Assembly: GCA_963732385.1 (NCBI GenBank)
Contig: CAVSZB010000008.1
Span: forward strand, 352,001-416,000
DNA from: an uncultured bacterium
GTDB taxonomy: Bacteria; Krumholzibacteriota; Krumholzibacteriia; LZORAL124-64-63
Direction of reading: 5' to 3'
DNA length: 64,000 nt
Translations under genes and position numbers: made by a program
Part shown: positions 9,901-19,150 of the stretch, piece after piece
Numbering within the stretch: the stretch's first letter is position 1
Layout of the letters: each line of letters starts with the position of its first letter
The notes under the pieces: model-generated
Database searches by the model: none
Told to the model about the DNA's origin: nothing
Seen by the model: only the letters and a program-made list of their open reading frames with translations

Positions 9901-12900
9901 CAGCAGTCCGTCGGGTGCATAGCCGTTGGCCGGCACGGTCAGGTCGAGCGCGACGAACGGCCCGTCGTCCGGTCCGAGCGTCAGCGCCGGCGCGGGCCCG
10001 GTCGCCAGCTGCGCCGCCACCATGCCGTCGACGACGGCCCGGCCTCCGATGTCGAGCGGCCAGGCGGCCGCCACCTCCACCGCCGGCGTCACTGCGACCG
10101 CGTCCGGACCGGTCACCACGATCCCGAGGGCGTCGCCGTCGGCGGCCGTCAGGCTGATGTCCGCGGTCACGAACAGGGTGACGCTTTCCCCCGCCGGAAC
10201 GTCCACCTCCAGGTCGGCGAACGACGCCGAGCCGTCGCTGAACCAGGTCTCTCCGGCCGGCGGGTCGGTGGCGGGATCGTCGAGCGCGCCGTCCCGGTCG
10301 CCGTCGAAGCGCAGCTGCAGGCGGGGGAGGGAGGCGTCGAACTGCGCGGCGGTGCCGCCGTTGGGGCCGGCGCTGGCGTTGGCCAGGGCCAGGCGGGTCA
10401 GTCGGTGCGTCACCGTGTCGGGGTTGACCACCGCGAACCGCAGCAGAGGCGCGTCCGCCGCGCCGGGCGGGACCGTCGTGTCTGCGAGCGGTTCCGCGAC
10501 CAGCAGGATGCGGTCGGTGCGCGTGAGGACGAGCGCGTCGGTGGCCGCCACGTTCCGGTCGAGCGGACCGTCGTTCGCGCTCTCCATGCCGATCCCCGAT
10601 TCGGGCGGGCCGGGGATCGCGAAGCGGACGGTGCGTCCCTCCGTGGCGTCCGGCGCGACATCGGCCGTCACGAACAGGCGCGTTCCGCCCGGCGGCACGT
10701 CGAGCGCCAGTGCGGTCAGCTCCCAGCGCTCTCCGGTGAAGGCGAACACGCCGAGCCGGGTGTCGGTCGCCGCAAGGAACCGGCCGTCGCCGTCATCGAC
10801 CCAGGCCTCGACGCGGCTCAGGTCGGTCGGCAGGGCGCTGCCGAGGTTCACCACGTCGAGGCGCCGCAGCCGGTCCGGCGCGTAGCCGTTGGCCGGGAGG
10901 GTGACGTCGAGCACCGGCGCGCGCGTCGCGCCCAGCGGCAGTGTCGCCGCGGTCGGCGGGTGGATGGCGATCTGCGCGGCGACGCAGCCATCGACGACCA
11001 GCGGCGCGGCGGTGAGCGGCCAGGCGCCGCTGGTGGCGATCGTCGGTGTGAACTGCAGGTCGGCGGACGCCGCCAGGCCGGCGGCGAGCCGGTCGCCGTC
11101 GCGCGTGGCCAGCGCCACCGTGCCGGCGATCACCAGGCGCAGCGTGTCGCCCGGCGCCAGCGCGAGCGCCAGATCTGCGAACCGGGCGCGACCGGCGCTG
11201 AACGACGCGCTGACCGGCAGGCCGGTGGCGCGTGCGAGGACCGGCGTCAGGATGCCGTCCGTCTCCACGGCGAGCCGCAACTCCCGCCACGCGCCGTCGA
11301 GCTCAGTCGTGGTGCCCGGCCCCTCGCCGAGGTTGACCACGGCGAGCGCGGTCAGTGTCTCGGGCAGCGCCGCGGCGTTGCGCAGCGTCAGGGTGAGCAG
11401 GTCGGCGACGGCCTCGTCCGCGTGCGCGATCCGCCCCGCGCGCGCCGCCGCGGTCGCCTGCACCGCGCCGGCGGCCACGGTGACGGCCGCCGCCGCGCTC
11501 TCCTGGCCCGGCGACGGATCCGGCTCGGTCACCGCGGTCACGCCGGCGGCGCTGGCAAGGGTCAGGCCGGCCGTGCCGGCGGCGACCCGCGTCGTCAGCG
11601 TGAGCGAATCGGTTGCGCCCGGCGCCAGCACCGGCAGGTTCCAGATGCCGGTCAGCGGCTGCCAGGCGCCCGCGCTCGCGAGCGCGTCGACCGGCGTCAG
11701 CCCGGCCGCCAGCGTGTCGGTGACGGTCACCGCGTGCGCCGTGTCGGGGCCGGCGTTGTGCAGCCGCACGACGAAGGGGCAGAGACCGCCGGCCAGCGGG
11801 ACCGGCTCCACCGCGCGCTGGCTCAGGCGCAGGTCCGCCCCAGGCACGCGCACCCGCACGCTGTCGGCGTTGTCGCCGGGTCGGGGGTCGGAAAGGGTGT
11901 TGACGGTGGCCGCCGTCGGCCAGACGGTCGCGTCCGCCGCGTCCGGGGCGACAGTCGTCGTGAACAACAGCGTGTCGGCGGTCCCGGGCGCCAGCCACGC
12001 CAGCGACCAGCTCTGCGTCGCCGCGGACCAGGTGCCGGCCGTGGCCGTGGCGGCTCCGGGCACGAGCGCGTCGGGGATCCCCAGCGCGACGGTGATCGAT
12101 CGCGCCGTGTCCGGTCCCGCGTTCGTGAGCACGGATCTCAGGGTCACCGCTGCGCCCGGGAGGGCCGTGGTGGGCGTGGCGGTCAGCGCGACCGCCAGGT
12201 CGGCGTTGGCGACGGCAAGCGTGGCGGTCGCCGCGTCATTGCCGGGGGCGGGGTCGGCCTCGACCGCGGCGACGATGTCGGCGCGCTGGAGCAGGACTTC
12301 GCCGACCGTCCCGGCAGCGACCGTCAGACGCAGCCTCAGCGTTTCGGCGGCCGCCGGCGCGAGCGTCGTCAGGGACCAGACGGCGGCGGCGGGGAGGTAG
12401 ACGCCCGCGCCGTCCGCGAATTCCAGCAGCGACAGACCGACCAGGGGAGCTACGGCGATCGTGACGGCGTGCGCGGAGTCGGGCCCGGCGTTGGCGAGGT
12501 GGAGCGCCAGCACGACCGTGTCGCCCTCGGCGGCCTGCGGCCGGTCGAAGGCGGCCGCGAGGGCGAGGTCCGCGGCGGCGCCGACCACCAGGTGCCGCGT
12601 GGCGCTGTTGTCGGAGAGGTCGGTGTCTGTCTGGTCGAGGGCCACGATCGCGGCGGTGGCGGTCAGCGTGTCGTGACCGGTGGCGATCCACGCGCCCCGG
12701 CGCAGCAGGGCGGTCGCGCCGGCCGGCAGCGCCCCGACCGTCCAGATCCCGGAGTCGTCGTCGAAAGCACCGACGGTCGGGGCCGCGGTCCCGACGGTCA
12801 GGCCGGCCGGCAGGGCGAACGCGATCGCCAATCCGCCGGCGTCGCTGGGGCCGTCGTTGCGCGCCGTGACGGTGAAGGTGACGCTGTCCCCGTAGACGGC

Positions 12901-14988
12901 GGCGGGCGGCGACACTTCGAGGCCGAGCGCCAGGTCGGCGCCGGTGACGATCAGGGCGGCGGCGGCCCGATCGTTGCCGGGGTACGGGTCGGGCAGGTCG
13001 CGCGCCATGATGGCGGCGCGGTTGATGAGCGTCGTGCCGGCCGTGCCGGCCAGGACGGTTGCCGTCACCTGCAGCGTCTCGGCCGCGCCCGCCGCGAGCG
13101 CGCCGACGTCCCACCGCCCCGTTTCCGGGTCCCACGGCGTGCCGCCGCTCGCCTCCCACACCGACAACTCGAGTCCGGCGGGCAGCGTGTCGGCCAGCGC
13201 GAGCCCGTCGACCGGCAGCATTCCCGTGTTCGCCACCCGCACGGTGAAGCGGACGCTGTCGCCCGGATCGGCCTGCGCCGGCTCGACCCACTTGCCGACC
13301 TCGAGATCGGTGCCGTTGACGGCCACCGTCGCCACGGCCCGGTCGTTCGTCGAGTCGGGATCGGCCGGCGAGGAGCCGACGCAAACGGCGTTGTTCACGA
13401 TCACCGAGCCGGCCGTGCCGGGGCCGACGACGGCCCGCACGTTCAGCCACGCCTCCGCGCCCGCCGGCAGCGCGCCGCACAGCCACGCGCCGGTGGCCGG
13501 CGTGTAGCCGCCCTGGCTCGCGGTCGCCGTCACGAAGGAGAGGCCGGCCGGCAGCAGGTCCGCGATTTCGCAGTCGTCCGCGGTGGAAGGGCCGCCGTTG
13601 AGCACCCGCACCGTGAACGTCACCGTGTCCGCTTCGGACGGCGAGGGGCTGTCCACCGTCTTGGACACGCTCAGATCGGCCCCCGCCACGGCCACGTCGG
13701 CGGCGGCGGTGTCGTTGGCCGCGTTGCCGTCGGGCTGCTCGAGCGCCAGCAGACGGGCCACGTTGTGCAGCGTGTCGCCGGCCGCCGCCACGAGCGGCGT
13801 GACCGCGAGGTTCAGCAGCGCCGAGCCCCAACTCGCCAGGCTGCCCACGTTCCACTGCCCGGAGAGCGGATCGAAGCTCCCCTGGGACGCCACCACGCCC
13901 GTCAGTTCCAGGCCGGGCGGAAGCAGGTCGCTCACGATGACGCCGGTTGCGGGCGCGGTGCCGAGGTTTTCCGCCTGCACCATGTAGGTCAGCCCGACCC
14001 CGGCCACCGCCTGAGTGACGCTGGCTGTCTTGCGGACGGCGATATCGACGCCGGTGTCGGGGGCGAGGGCGACGTAGTAGTAGTAGTCGAACGTATGGTT
14101 GACCTCGTCGCGGGGGCCCACCGTGAAGCCGTCCGGAAGCAACGCCACGATGCCCCCGGCGACCGGAGCGCCCGGCGGGACCGGAATAGAGAGCGGATCA
14201 TTCGTCAGGCTGGCCCAGCGCTGCAGCGGCGCCCAGCCGCTCCAGCCCTTCACCATGACCCACACCGGCGGGCACGGGAGGCCCCCGATCGTCTGCGAGG
14301 CGCCGCCGTTGCCCCAGTAGCCGCCCTGGGCCAGGTTGGGCGAGGCGGCGTTCCAGGCGATCCAGTGATAGGTTTCGCCGGCGGCGTTGACGTCCTCGTC
14401 GCTGCCGACCTGGAAGCCGTTGGCAAGCAGGTTCTCGATCCGGTCGCCTGCGGTCCCTGAGTCGTTGAAGGGGAGGCTGGCGTTGCCGGTCAGGTAGGCC
14501 ATCCGCTGCCAGGCGCGATGCGCCGCCGCCGGCAGGATCACCACGTAGCCGGGCGTGAAGCCGAGGCCGGTGATCTCCCGGTTGTCGTGCCCGTCGCCGG
14601 AGTAGGAGCCTGCGGCCACGTTGCCCGGCTCCGCCTGCACGGCGAGCCACTCGTACCGCACCCCGGCGGCGTTGACGTCGGGGGCATTGCCGACGTCGAA
14701 GCCGTCCTCCGCGAAGCTCCGGATCAGATTGGCCTGAAGGGCGACCGCGTCGCCCAGATTCTTCGCGGTGTTGACCTGCATCGTGGCGGTCCGGGCGACC
14801 GTGGGGTAGAGCGGTTCGTGCGAGCGGACCAGCACGAAGGACGGCTGGAACCCGACGCCCGACACGGTGAGGCTGCCCCCGCCGTTGCCCACGTACGACC
14901 CGGTGGCCGTCTGGGCAGGCGCGAGCGCCGCCGACAGCAACAGCAGACAGGCGAAGCCCGCCGCCGCGCACCGCCTCCAGGGCGTCAT
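6955..14988 (-). CDS. Giant (~2,680 aa) secreted DUF11/Ig-repeat surface protein with C-terminal FlgD-Ig (T9SS-like) sorting domain
   Basis: Signal peptide MTPWRRCAAAGFACLLLLSAALAPAQ; 3 N-terminal G-x-Y-x-G-N/D-G repeats; 7 DUF11-like domains (DIAVRK/DLSVSK/DLEVGK...N.GP..A...D.LPAGL...W.VG.L); further Ig-like units; C-terminus NFPNPF...WDGRNGRG..VQSGVY...KVAVLR. Confidence 0.88.
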   Translation of the reverse strand: MTPWRRCAAAGFACLLLLSAALAPAQTATGSYVGNGGGSLTVSGVGFQPSFVLVRSHEPLYPTVARTATMQVNTAKNLGDAVALQANLIRSFAEDGFDVGNAPDVNAAGVRYEWLAVQAEPGNVAAGSYSGDGHDNREITGLGFTPGYVVILPAAAHRAWQRMAYLTGNASLPFNDSGTAGDRIENLLANGFQVGSDEDVNAAGETYHWIAWNAASPNLAQGGYWGNGGASQTIGGLPCPPVWVMVKGWSGWAPLQRWASLTNDPLSIPVPPGAPVAGGIVALLPDGFTVGPRDEVNHTFDYYYYVALAPDTGVDIAVRKTASVTQAVAGVGLTYMVQAENLGTAPATGVIVSDLLPPGLELTGVVASQGSFDPLSGQWNVGSLASWGSALLNLAVTPLVAAAGDTLHNVARLLALEQPDGNAANDTAAADVAVAGADLSVSKTVDSPSPSEADTVTFTVRVLNGGPSTADDCEIADLLPAGLSFVTATASQGGYTPATGAWLCGALPAGAEAWLNVRAVVGPGTAGSVIVNNAVCVGSSPADPDSTNDRAVATVAVNGTDLEVGKWVEPAQADPGDSVRFTVRVANTGMLPVDGLALADTLPAGLELSVWEASGGTPWDPETGRWDVGALAAGAAETLQVTATVLAGTAGTTLINRAAIMARDLPDPYPGNDRAAAALIVTGADLALGLEVSPPAAVYGDSVTFTVTARNDGPSDAGGLAIAFALPAGLTVGTAAPTVGAFDDDSGIWTVGALPAGATALLRRGAWIATGHDTLTATAAIVALDQTDTDLSDNSATRHLVVGAAADLALAAAFDRPQAAEGDTVVLALHLANAGPDSAHAVTIAVAPLVGLSLLEFADGAGVYLPAAAVWSLTTLAPAAAETLRLRLTVAAGTVGEVLLQRADIVAAVEADPAPGNDAATATLAVANADLAVALTATPTTALPGAAVTLRSVLTNAGPDTARSITVALGIPDALVPGAATATAGTWSAATQSWSLAWLAPGTADTLLFTTTVAPDAADATVWPTAATVNTLSDPRPGDNADSVRVRVPGADLRLSQRAVEPVPLAGGLCPFVVRLHNAGPDTAHAVTVTDTLAAGLTPVDALASAGAWQPLTGIWNLPVLAPGATDSLTLTTRVAAGTAGLTLASAAGVTAVTEPDPSPGQESAAAAVTVAAGAVQATAAARAGRIAHADEAVADLLTLTLRNAAALPETLTALAVVNLGEGPGTTTELDGAWRELRLAVETDGILTPVLARATGLPVSASFSAGRARFADLALALAPGDTLRLVIAGTVALATRDGDRLAAGLAASADLQFTPTIATSGAWPLTAAPLVVDGCVAAQIAIHPPTAATLPLGATRAPVLDVTLPANGYAPDRLRRLDVVNLGSALPTDLSRVEAWVDDGDGRFLAATDTRLGVFAFTGERWELTALALDVPPGGTRLFVTADVAPDATEGRTVRFAIPGPPESGIGMESANDGPLDRNVAATDALVLTRTDRILLVAEPLADTTVPPGAADAPLLRFAVVNPDTVTHRLTRLALANASAGPNGGTAAQFDASLPRLQLRFDGDRDGALDDPATDPPAGETWFSDGSASFADLEVDVPAGESVTLFVTADISLTAADGDALGIVVTGPDAVAVTPAVEVAAAWPLDIGGRAVVDGMVAAQLATGPAPALTLGPDDGPFVALDLTVPANGYAPDGLLGLTLENRGTATPTDLAGVRLLRDGGDGRFGGDDVELTPLIFLDGAWRSPLLTEPIPAGGLRLFAVVTASSAPTDSATVRLAVPRDGVTVSSGNDGPRDAAVAAPSQLLLSTAPLLATLEVGAPASTLGQLVAARLIVRNVGAETVTGIAVTGLAIDGAGQLTLEGSLPVPRDLASGDVDTLAWTCRATAVGTLTLSALAQGTSAGDGLPRRSLTATTNPHRVFQPADDLELFPVPNRPFKVSRGQTGVVPLSLTLINPGMVDGAAVRLDRLRLRLEDESGAGIVPAALLSRVVVNEGTHTYIDLTRLADSGAALDLALTSPVLITVNEPVTLGIRLDIAATTTVPRFRLALTDTGGLTAFDDVAGAAVAIVLAEGSYPVLSGLGEVTADASGLELAALPLPEPLAGPGQTGVALLALRLANPGLPDLTSDVLVDTLAFTLCDTLGAAVPDPGAWLSALALRRDGIALAVRPVAPGADTVLSLVIVPNLAVPAEAPVDLIVTADLAAAAPVGALSLRLASPARCRARDEGTGAAVAVTFATDPLAGPILRVEAAATQLQAAGSPRLPSALTVGARGVTALALALRHPGAIGTAAIVCDTVRLVCRDQTRARLDPARYLDRVVVRRDGAVLATQESPRGDAVSVPLGGLRLFAGELVGLDVVVDFAAGAPAGAFELLVEAEGLDARDANLGAAVALAAAPGAELPLSSGLTVLQPPADLLVADFAPALPPVLPTDGAECAVGRLTLTNPATAGSGSIVVTAVALRAAAPDLAALPAGAALRAVIALAGDEVWAVADTVAADAALALLVPPQPIEIAPGATLGLELRARFRAPPPAGGLRLGLDRDDVAVLQPDGALLAVRVEAPAGRQFPFWTEAGTFAAAGLADSYANFPNPFAAGREATTFVYDLPSAARVTLRIFTPRGEPVATPVADADRAAGLHQDDCWDGRNGRGVAVQSGVYVAELRVKFGDGREERLLRKVAVLR

Positions 14989-15351
14989 GGTCGTGCGCCG
15001 ATCAAGAATGATTCCCCCGCTGGCCACTGCCTGGGCCATTGCCGTTGCCGGACCCGGGACCGGGATGCCGATCGTTTCTGATCGGCAGCCTGCGCGGGTG
15101 GGTTGAGACTGGAATGCGAAGCCAGGAAGCCGTTTCCGGCCCCCGCCGGCCGACAGGCCCGCGCCCTGATTCCCTCACGAGCGCGCATTTTCGGCGGCGT
15201 CCGGTCGCAAGAATCCGGCTGCATCCCGGCGCAATCGTATCTATCATGTCAGGAAGCGCCCGGGGGGGGCGGCGCGGTTCGCCGGACTCCTTAAATGCCG
15301 GGGATCGTCATCGCCGGGACTGTGTCACTGCCCAGAATCCGGAGTTTCGCC

Positions 15352-16683
15352 ATGAACCAACGCCAGTTGCCTACGCTGATCGCCTGGGGATTGCTCACCT
15401 GCCTGGCGGCGACCGCGGCCGCGCAGGTGGTCTATGCGCCGACGCCCGGCAACGATCGCCGGCCGGGGTTCGCGCTCGACGGCGTTCATCTCGAAGGCGG
15501 CATCGTGCGGCCTTTGCGCGCCGAGGATGAGCCGATCATCGGGGGCGCCGTGCACCTGGGGACGGTGCTGGCGAGGTGGCTCGACCTGACGGTGGGCGCG
15601 CGTCGCTGGAGCAGCGACCTCGATGTGGACCGGTACGACCTGGCCGGAACCGGCAGGCTCAGGGATTTCCAGATCTACACCGGTCTCGAGTACGGGATGC
15701 CGGGCACGCTGCTGGGGGTGCGTCCTTACGCCGGTGCCGGTGTCGCGGCGCATTTCCTGGGCGCTGACATCCCTGAGAACCTTCCGCTCGAAGACTCACT
15801 CGACGGCTTCCGGTCGGGCGCCTGGACCGGCTTCGGAGTGATGACGGCCCAGGACGGCTTCGGTTTGCGCGTGCAGGCGCGCCGTGACTTCGTCGACAAC
15901 GCGTCCGCGTGGAGCTACACGATGGGGCTCGGCTGGTGGCCGCACCGGCACGCCACCAACGGCTACCGGCTGCGGGCTCCGCGCGCCGCTTACGTGGCGG
16001 TGGCGCCGACGGCCGTCGCCGCGCCGGCCGCGGAGGCGCCGGCGCCGTCCGCGCCCGTACCTGTGCCCGCTCCTTCGACCGGCGCCCTGGAGCAGTTGGC
16101 CGCGACCACGCGCACTCTGCAGGCGCGCGTCGACAGCCTCGAGCGGGCGTTGCGGGCGCGGCCGGTCGCGCCGGCTCCCGCCCCGGCGCCGCAGGCAGCG
16201 CCGGCGTTCGTTTCGCCGTTGCCACCGGCCGCGGCCCCCGATCCGCGCGCGGCCTTCGCGCGGGAGCTCGCGCGCGTGGCGGAAGGCTCGGGCGCGCCCG
16301 CAGCGCTGCGCCGCGAGACCGACCAGTTCGTGCTCTCGCTCGGCGGGTCGCTTACCTTCGCCACCGGCAGCGAGACGTTGGGCCTCGCGACCAGGGAGAC
16401 GTTGCGGCGGGTGGCCGCCCTCCTGCTGCAGAATCCGCAGGGGCGCGCGGTCATCGAGGGACACACCGACAGCATCGGCGACGCGGAACGCAACCGGCAA
16501 CTCAGCCTCGCGCGCGCCACGGCCGTGTCCGAAGAATTGCGGCGCCTCGGGGTGCCCGCGTCACGCCTGGAGGTCGAGGGCTACGGGGAGTCGCGGCCGG
16601 TCGGCGACAATGGCACGAAAGAGGGACGCACGCTCAACCGGCGCGTCGATCTGCGGTTTCGGGTGGAGGAGTCCCCGCGATGA
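15352..16683 (+). CDS. OmpA-family protein (N-terminal beta-barrel, Pro/Ala linker, peptidoglycan-binding OmpA C-terminal domain)
   Basis: GGAG RBS; signal peptide; barrel strands (RPYAGAGV); IEGHTDSIGDAERNRQLSLARA and NRRVD motifs. Confidence 0.87.
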   Translation: MNQRQLPTLIAWGLLTCLAATAAAQVVYAPTPGNDRRPGFALDGVHLEGGIVRPLRAEDEPIIGGAVHLGTVLARWLDLTVGARRWSSDLDVDRYDLAGTGRLRDFQIYTGLEYGMPGTLLGVRPYAGAGVAAHFLGADIPENLPLEDSLDGFRSGAWTGFGVMTAQDGFGLRVQARRDFVDNASAWSYTMGLGWWPHRHATNGYRLRAPRAAYVAVAPTAVAAPAAEAPAPSAPVPVPAPSTGALEQLAATTRTLQARVDSLERALRARPVAPAPAPAPQAAPAFVSPLPPAAAPDPRAAFARELARVAEGSGAPAALRRETDQFVLSLGGSLTFATGSETLGLATRETLRRVAALLLQNPQGRAVIEGHTDSIGDAERNRQLSLARATAVSEELRRLGVPASRLEVEGYGESRPVGDNGTKEGRTLNRRVDLRFRVEESPR

Positions 16684-16718
16684 GGGGCGACCGCAACGCA
16701 TCCCGCCAGGAGGGGACC

Positions 16719-18975
16719 ATGCAGAGGACATTGTGCAGGTATGTCGCCACCGTGGCTATCGCGCTGGCGTTCGTGGCGGGCGCGGGCGCCGTCACCGCAG
16801 GGGAGGAGGCGGGCACCGGCCTGGTGCGGGTCGATCAGGCCTACAGCCTCGACATCGGCCGCCCGCTCTTCTCGGTGTACTCCGGCTACTTCAGCCGCGA
16901 CTTCACCGGCGGCAGCGACCGGTTCTTCACCCTCACGCCCGGCGTGACCCTTGGCCTGGGCGCCGGCTTCGAGGGGGGGGCATCGCTCGCCCTGGAAGGG
17001 CTGTCCAGCCGGCTGGACAGCGAGTCCTTCGACCGCCGCTTCGATGTGCGCCGGCGCGATCTCTCCACGCGTTTGCGCTGGACGGCCCCGCTCGGCACAA
17101 CGCGCCTGCGCTCCGGCGTGGAGGGGCTGCTTGACCTGCCGCTTGGCGACCAGATCCGCGCGGGGGGCACCGAGGACCCCAGCCAGCCGCTCGACGCGGG
17201 GTTGATGGGCCTGCTCTCGACGAACGTCGGCTGGTTCAGTTTCCCGATCCGGATCCACGCCAACGCCGGCTACTGGTGGAGCCGGGATGACGGCGCGTTC
17301 TACGACCGCAGCCATCCGGTCGCGCTGCCGATCAGCGGCGCCGGGGTGACCGGCAACAATCTGGCCCTGGCCGGGCTGGCCATCGAAACCGGCCTGCGCC
17401 GTGTCTCGCTGTTCGCCGAGCTGGTCACCGAGCAGTTCGTCGAGGCCCGCAGCGCGGTGCACGGCAAGGAGAATCTCTGGCTGCTGACGCCGGGGTTGCG
17501 CACCAAGCTGACCCCCTCGATCGAGTTCACGGCCGCCATCTCCTTCAACCTGTCGGCCGACGATCCGGCCACGGCGTTCAATCCCGATGACGTGTACCCC
17601 GACTACGAACTGCGCGCGGGGCTGACGCTGGGCGACATCCTCGCCCGCGAGCGCTCCGAGGCGCGGCAGCTGCCGCGGGCGGTTGCCGTGGCGTACGAGG
17701 CGCCGCGGTGCGAACAGCCCGCGCCGGCCGTCCCCGTGATCGAGACGGCCGCGCGCCCCGCGCCGCCGCCCGGCCCGCCCGTGGTCGCGACCCCTGAGCG
17801 GCTGAGCGCGATCGAAGACCGCCTCGACCGGATCGAACTGCAGAATCGGCTCGAGTCGATCGAGAGCCGGCTGTACCGGCTCGAGACGCCGGTAGCGCCC
17901 GCGCCGGCTCCCGCCATCGTCGCTCCGGCCGCCCCGGCCGGGGCTGCGGCGGTGATTCCGGCACCTGCGCTCGAGCCGACGCCGGTTGCTGCGCCGCTCC
18001 TGGCCCCGATCGTCCAGGCCGTGGCAGCGCCGGACACGCTCGCGCCGGCCCGGCCCGATACCCTGCCCACGACCACGGCCCCGGTCGCCGCCGCAGCGGC
18101 CCCTGCCGGCACCGGGCTGGCCGCTCCCGCCATGCCTCCGGTTCCCGCGCTGGCAAGCAGTGGCGCGGTTCCTTTGCCGGCCGCGACCGGCCCCTCCCTG
18201 CGCGAGCAGGAACTGGCGGGCGGCGAAGGCCCTCCAGGCGCCGGTCGATGCGATGCCCCCGGTGCCGGCCCCGGCCCCGGCCGCGGCGCCGGCCGCCGAA
18301 GCGAACGAGGCGCTGGCCCGGCAGATCGATGAATTGCGGCTCCGGATGGATGCCCTGGCCGCGCTCGATGCGAGCCGTGGGTCGGATCGGCTGGCCGTGA
18401 TCCAGCCCGGTGGCGCCACGCCGACGGAGATCCGCCTGCCGGTCGTCGTGCCGTCCACAGTGCCTGCGCCCGCGCCCACGCGGTCCGCTCCGGCCTCCTC
18501 GCCGCCGCCGCCGACTACGCCGACTCCGGCGCCGACGCTGGCATTGACGCCGGCTCCGGTCGCCGTGGCCTCGGACGCCGGGGTCATGGCTCAGCCGCGG
18601 CCGGAGTCGCCTCCGCCACCGCCGTTTCGGCTCGCGGTGGGGGGAAGCCTGACGCTGCCGGGGTGGTCGCAGACCGGCGACAACCTCGGCGCCGGTTCCG
18701 CCGTTCGCGCCGAGCTCGACGCTCTCGCGGCCGGCCTCGTCGCGCATCGCGATGTGCGGCTCGTCCTGCTTGTGCACGGCTCCGGAACCGACCGTGAGGC
18801 GGCGCTCGCGCGCACCGAGAGCGAGTCACACGATCTGCGCTCCTACCTGGTCAGCGCCGGTGCCGACTCGGCCCAGGTACAGCCGCTCGGGATGGGATTG
18901 ACGGAGCCCCTGGTCCCGGTCGACGCCCCCGACGCGGGGCGCAACGCCAGGGTCGAGGTCTCCAGGGTCCGCTGA
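16719..18975 (+). CDS. Putative outer-membrane barrel protein with long Pro/Ala linker and degenerate OmpA-like C-terminus; +1 frameshift near 18218
   Basis: AGGAGG RBS; signal peptide MQRTLCRY...; beta-strand-rich N-half. LREQELA continues as AAKALQAP in the +1 frame; ends GMGLTEPLV...RNARVEV (OmpA-like). Confidence 0.68.
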
Positions 18976-19150
18976 CTCGCGGCCGCGCCGTACATTCTTC
19001 ACGATTTCGCGCAGCAGGCGGGTGCGGTGCCCGAAGGGGCCGCCGTAGGCGTCGGTGCGCCGGGGTGTGAACTTTTCGGCGCGTCCGGAGGGTCGTGCGA
19101 TTTCGATGGGAGCCGGGATCCCCCTCACCGCTTCGGGAGGCTGACGCCCC

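Noticed and set aside
7090..14460. 2456-aa plus-strand ORF and many other long overlapping ORFs (e.g. 23595-27530, 18851-21559, 58748-61171, 61225-63825)
   Set aside because: These are antisense or off-frame shadows of real genes in stop-poor high-GC DNA. They are Arg/Gly/Ala-rich and have no motifs.
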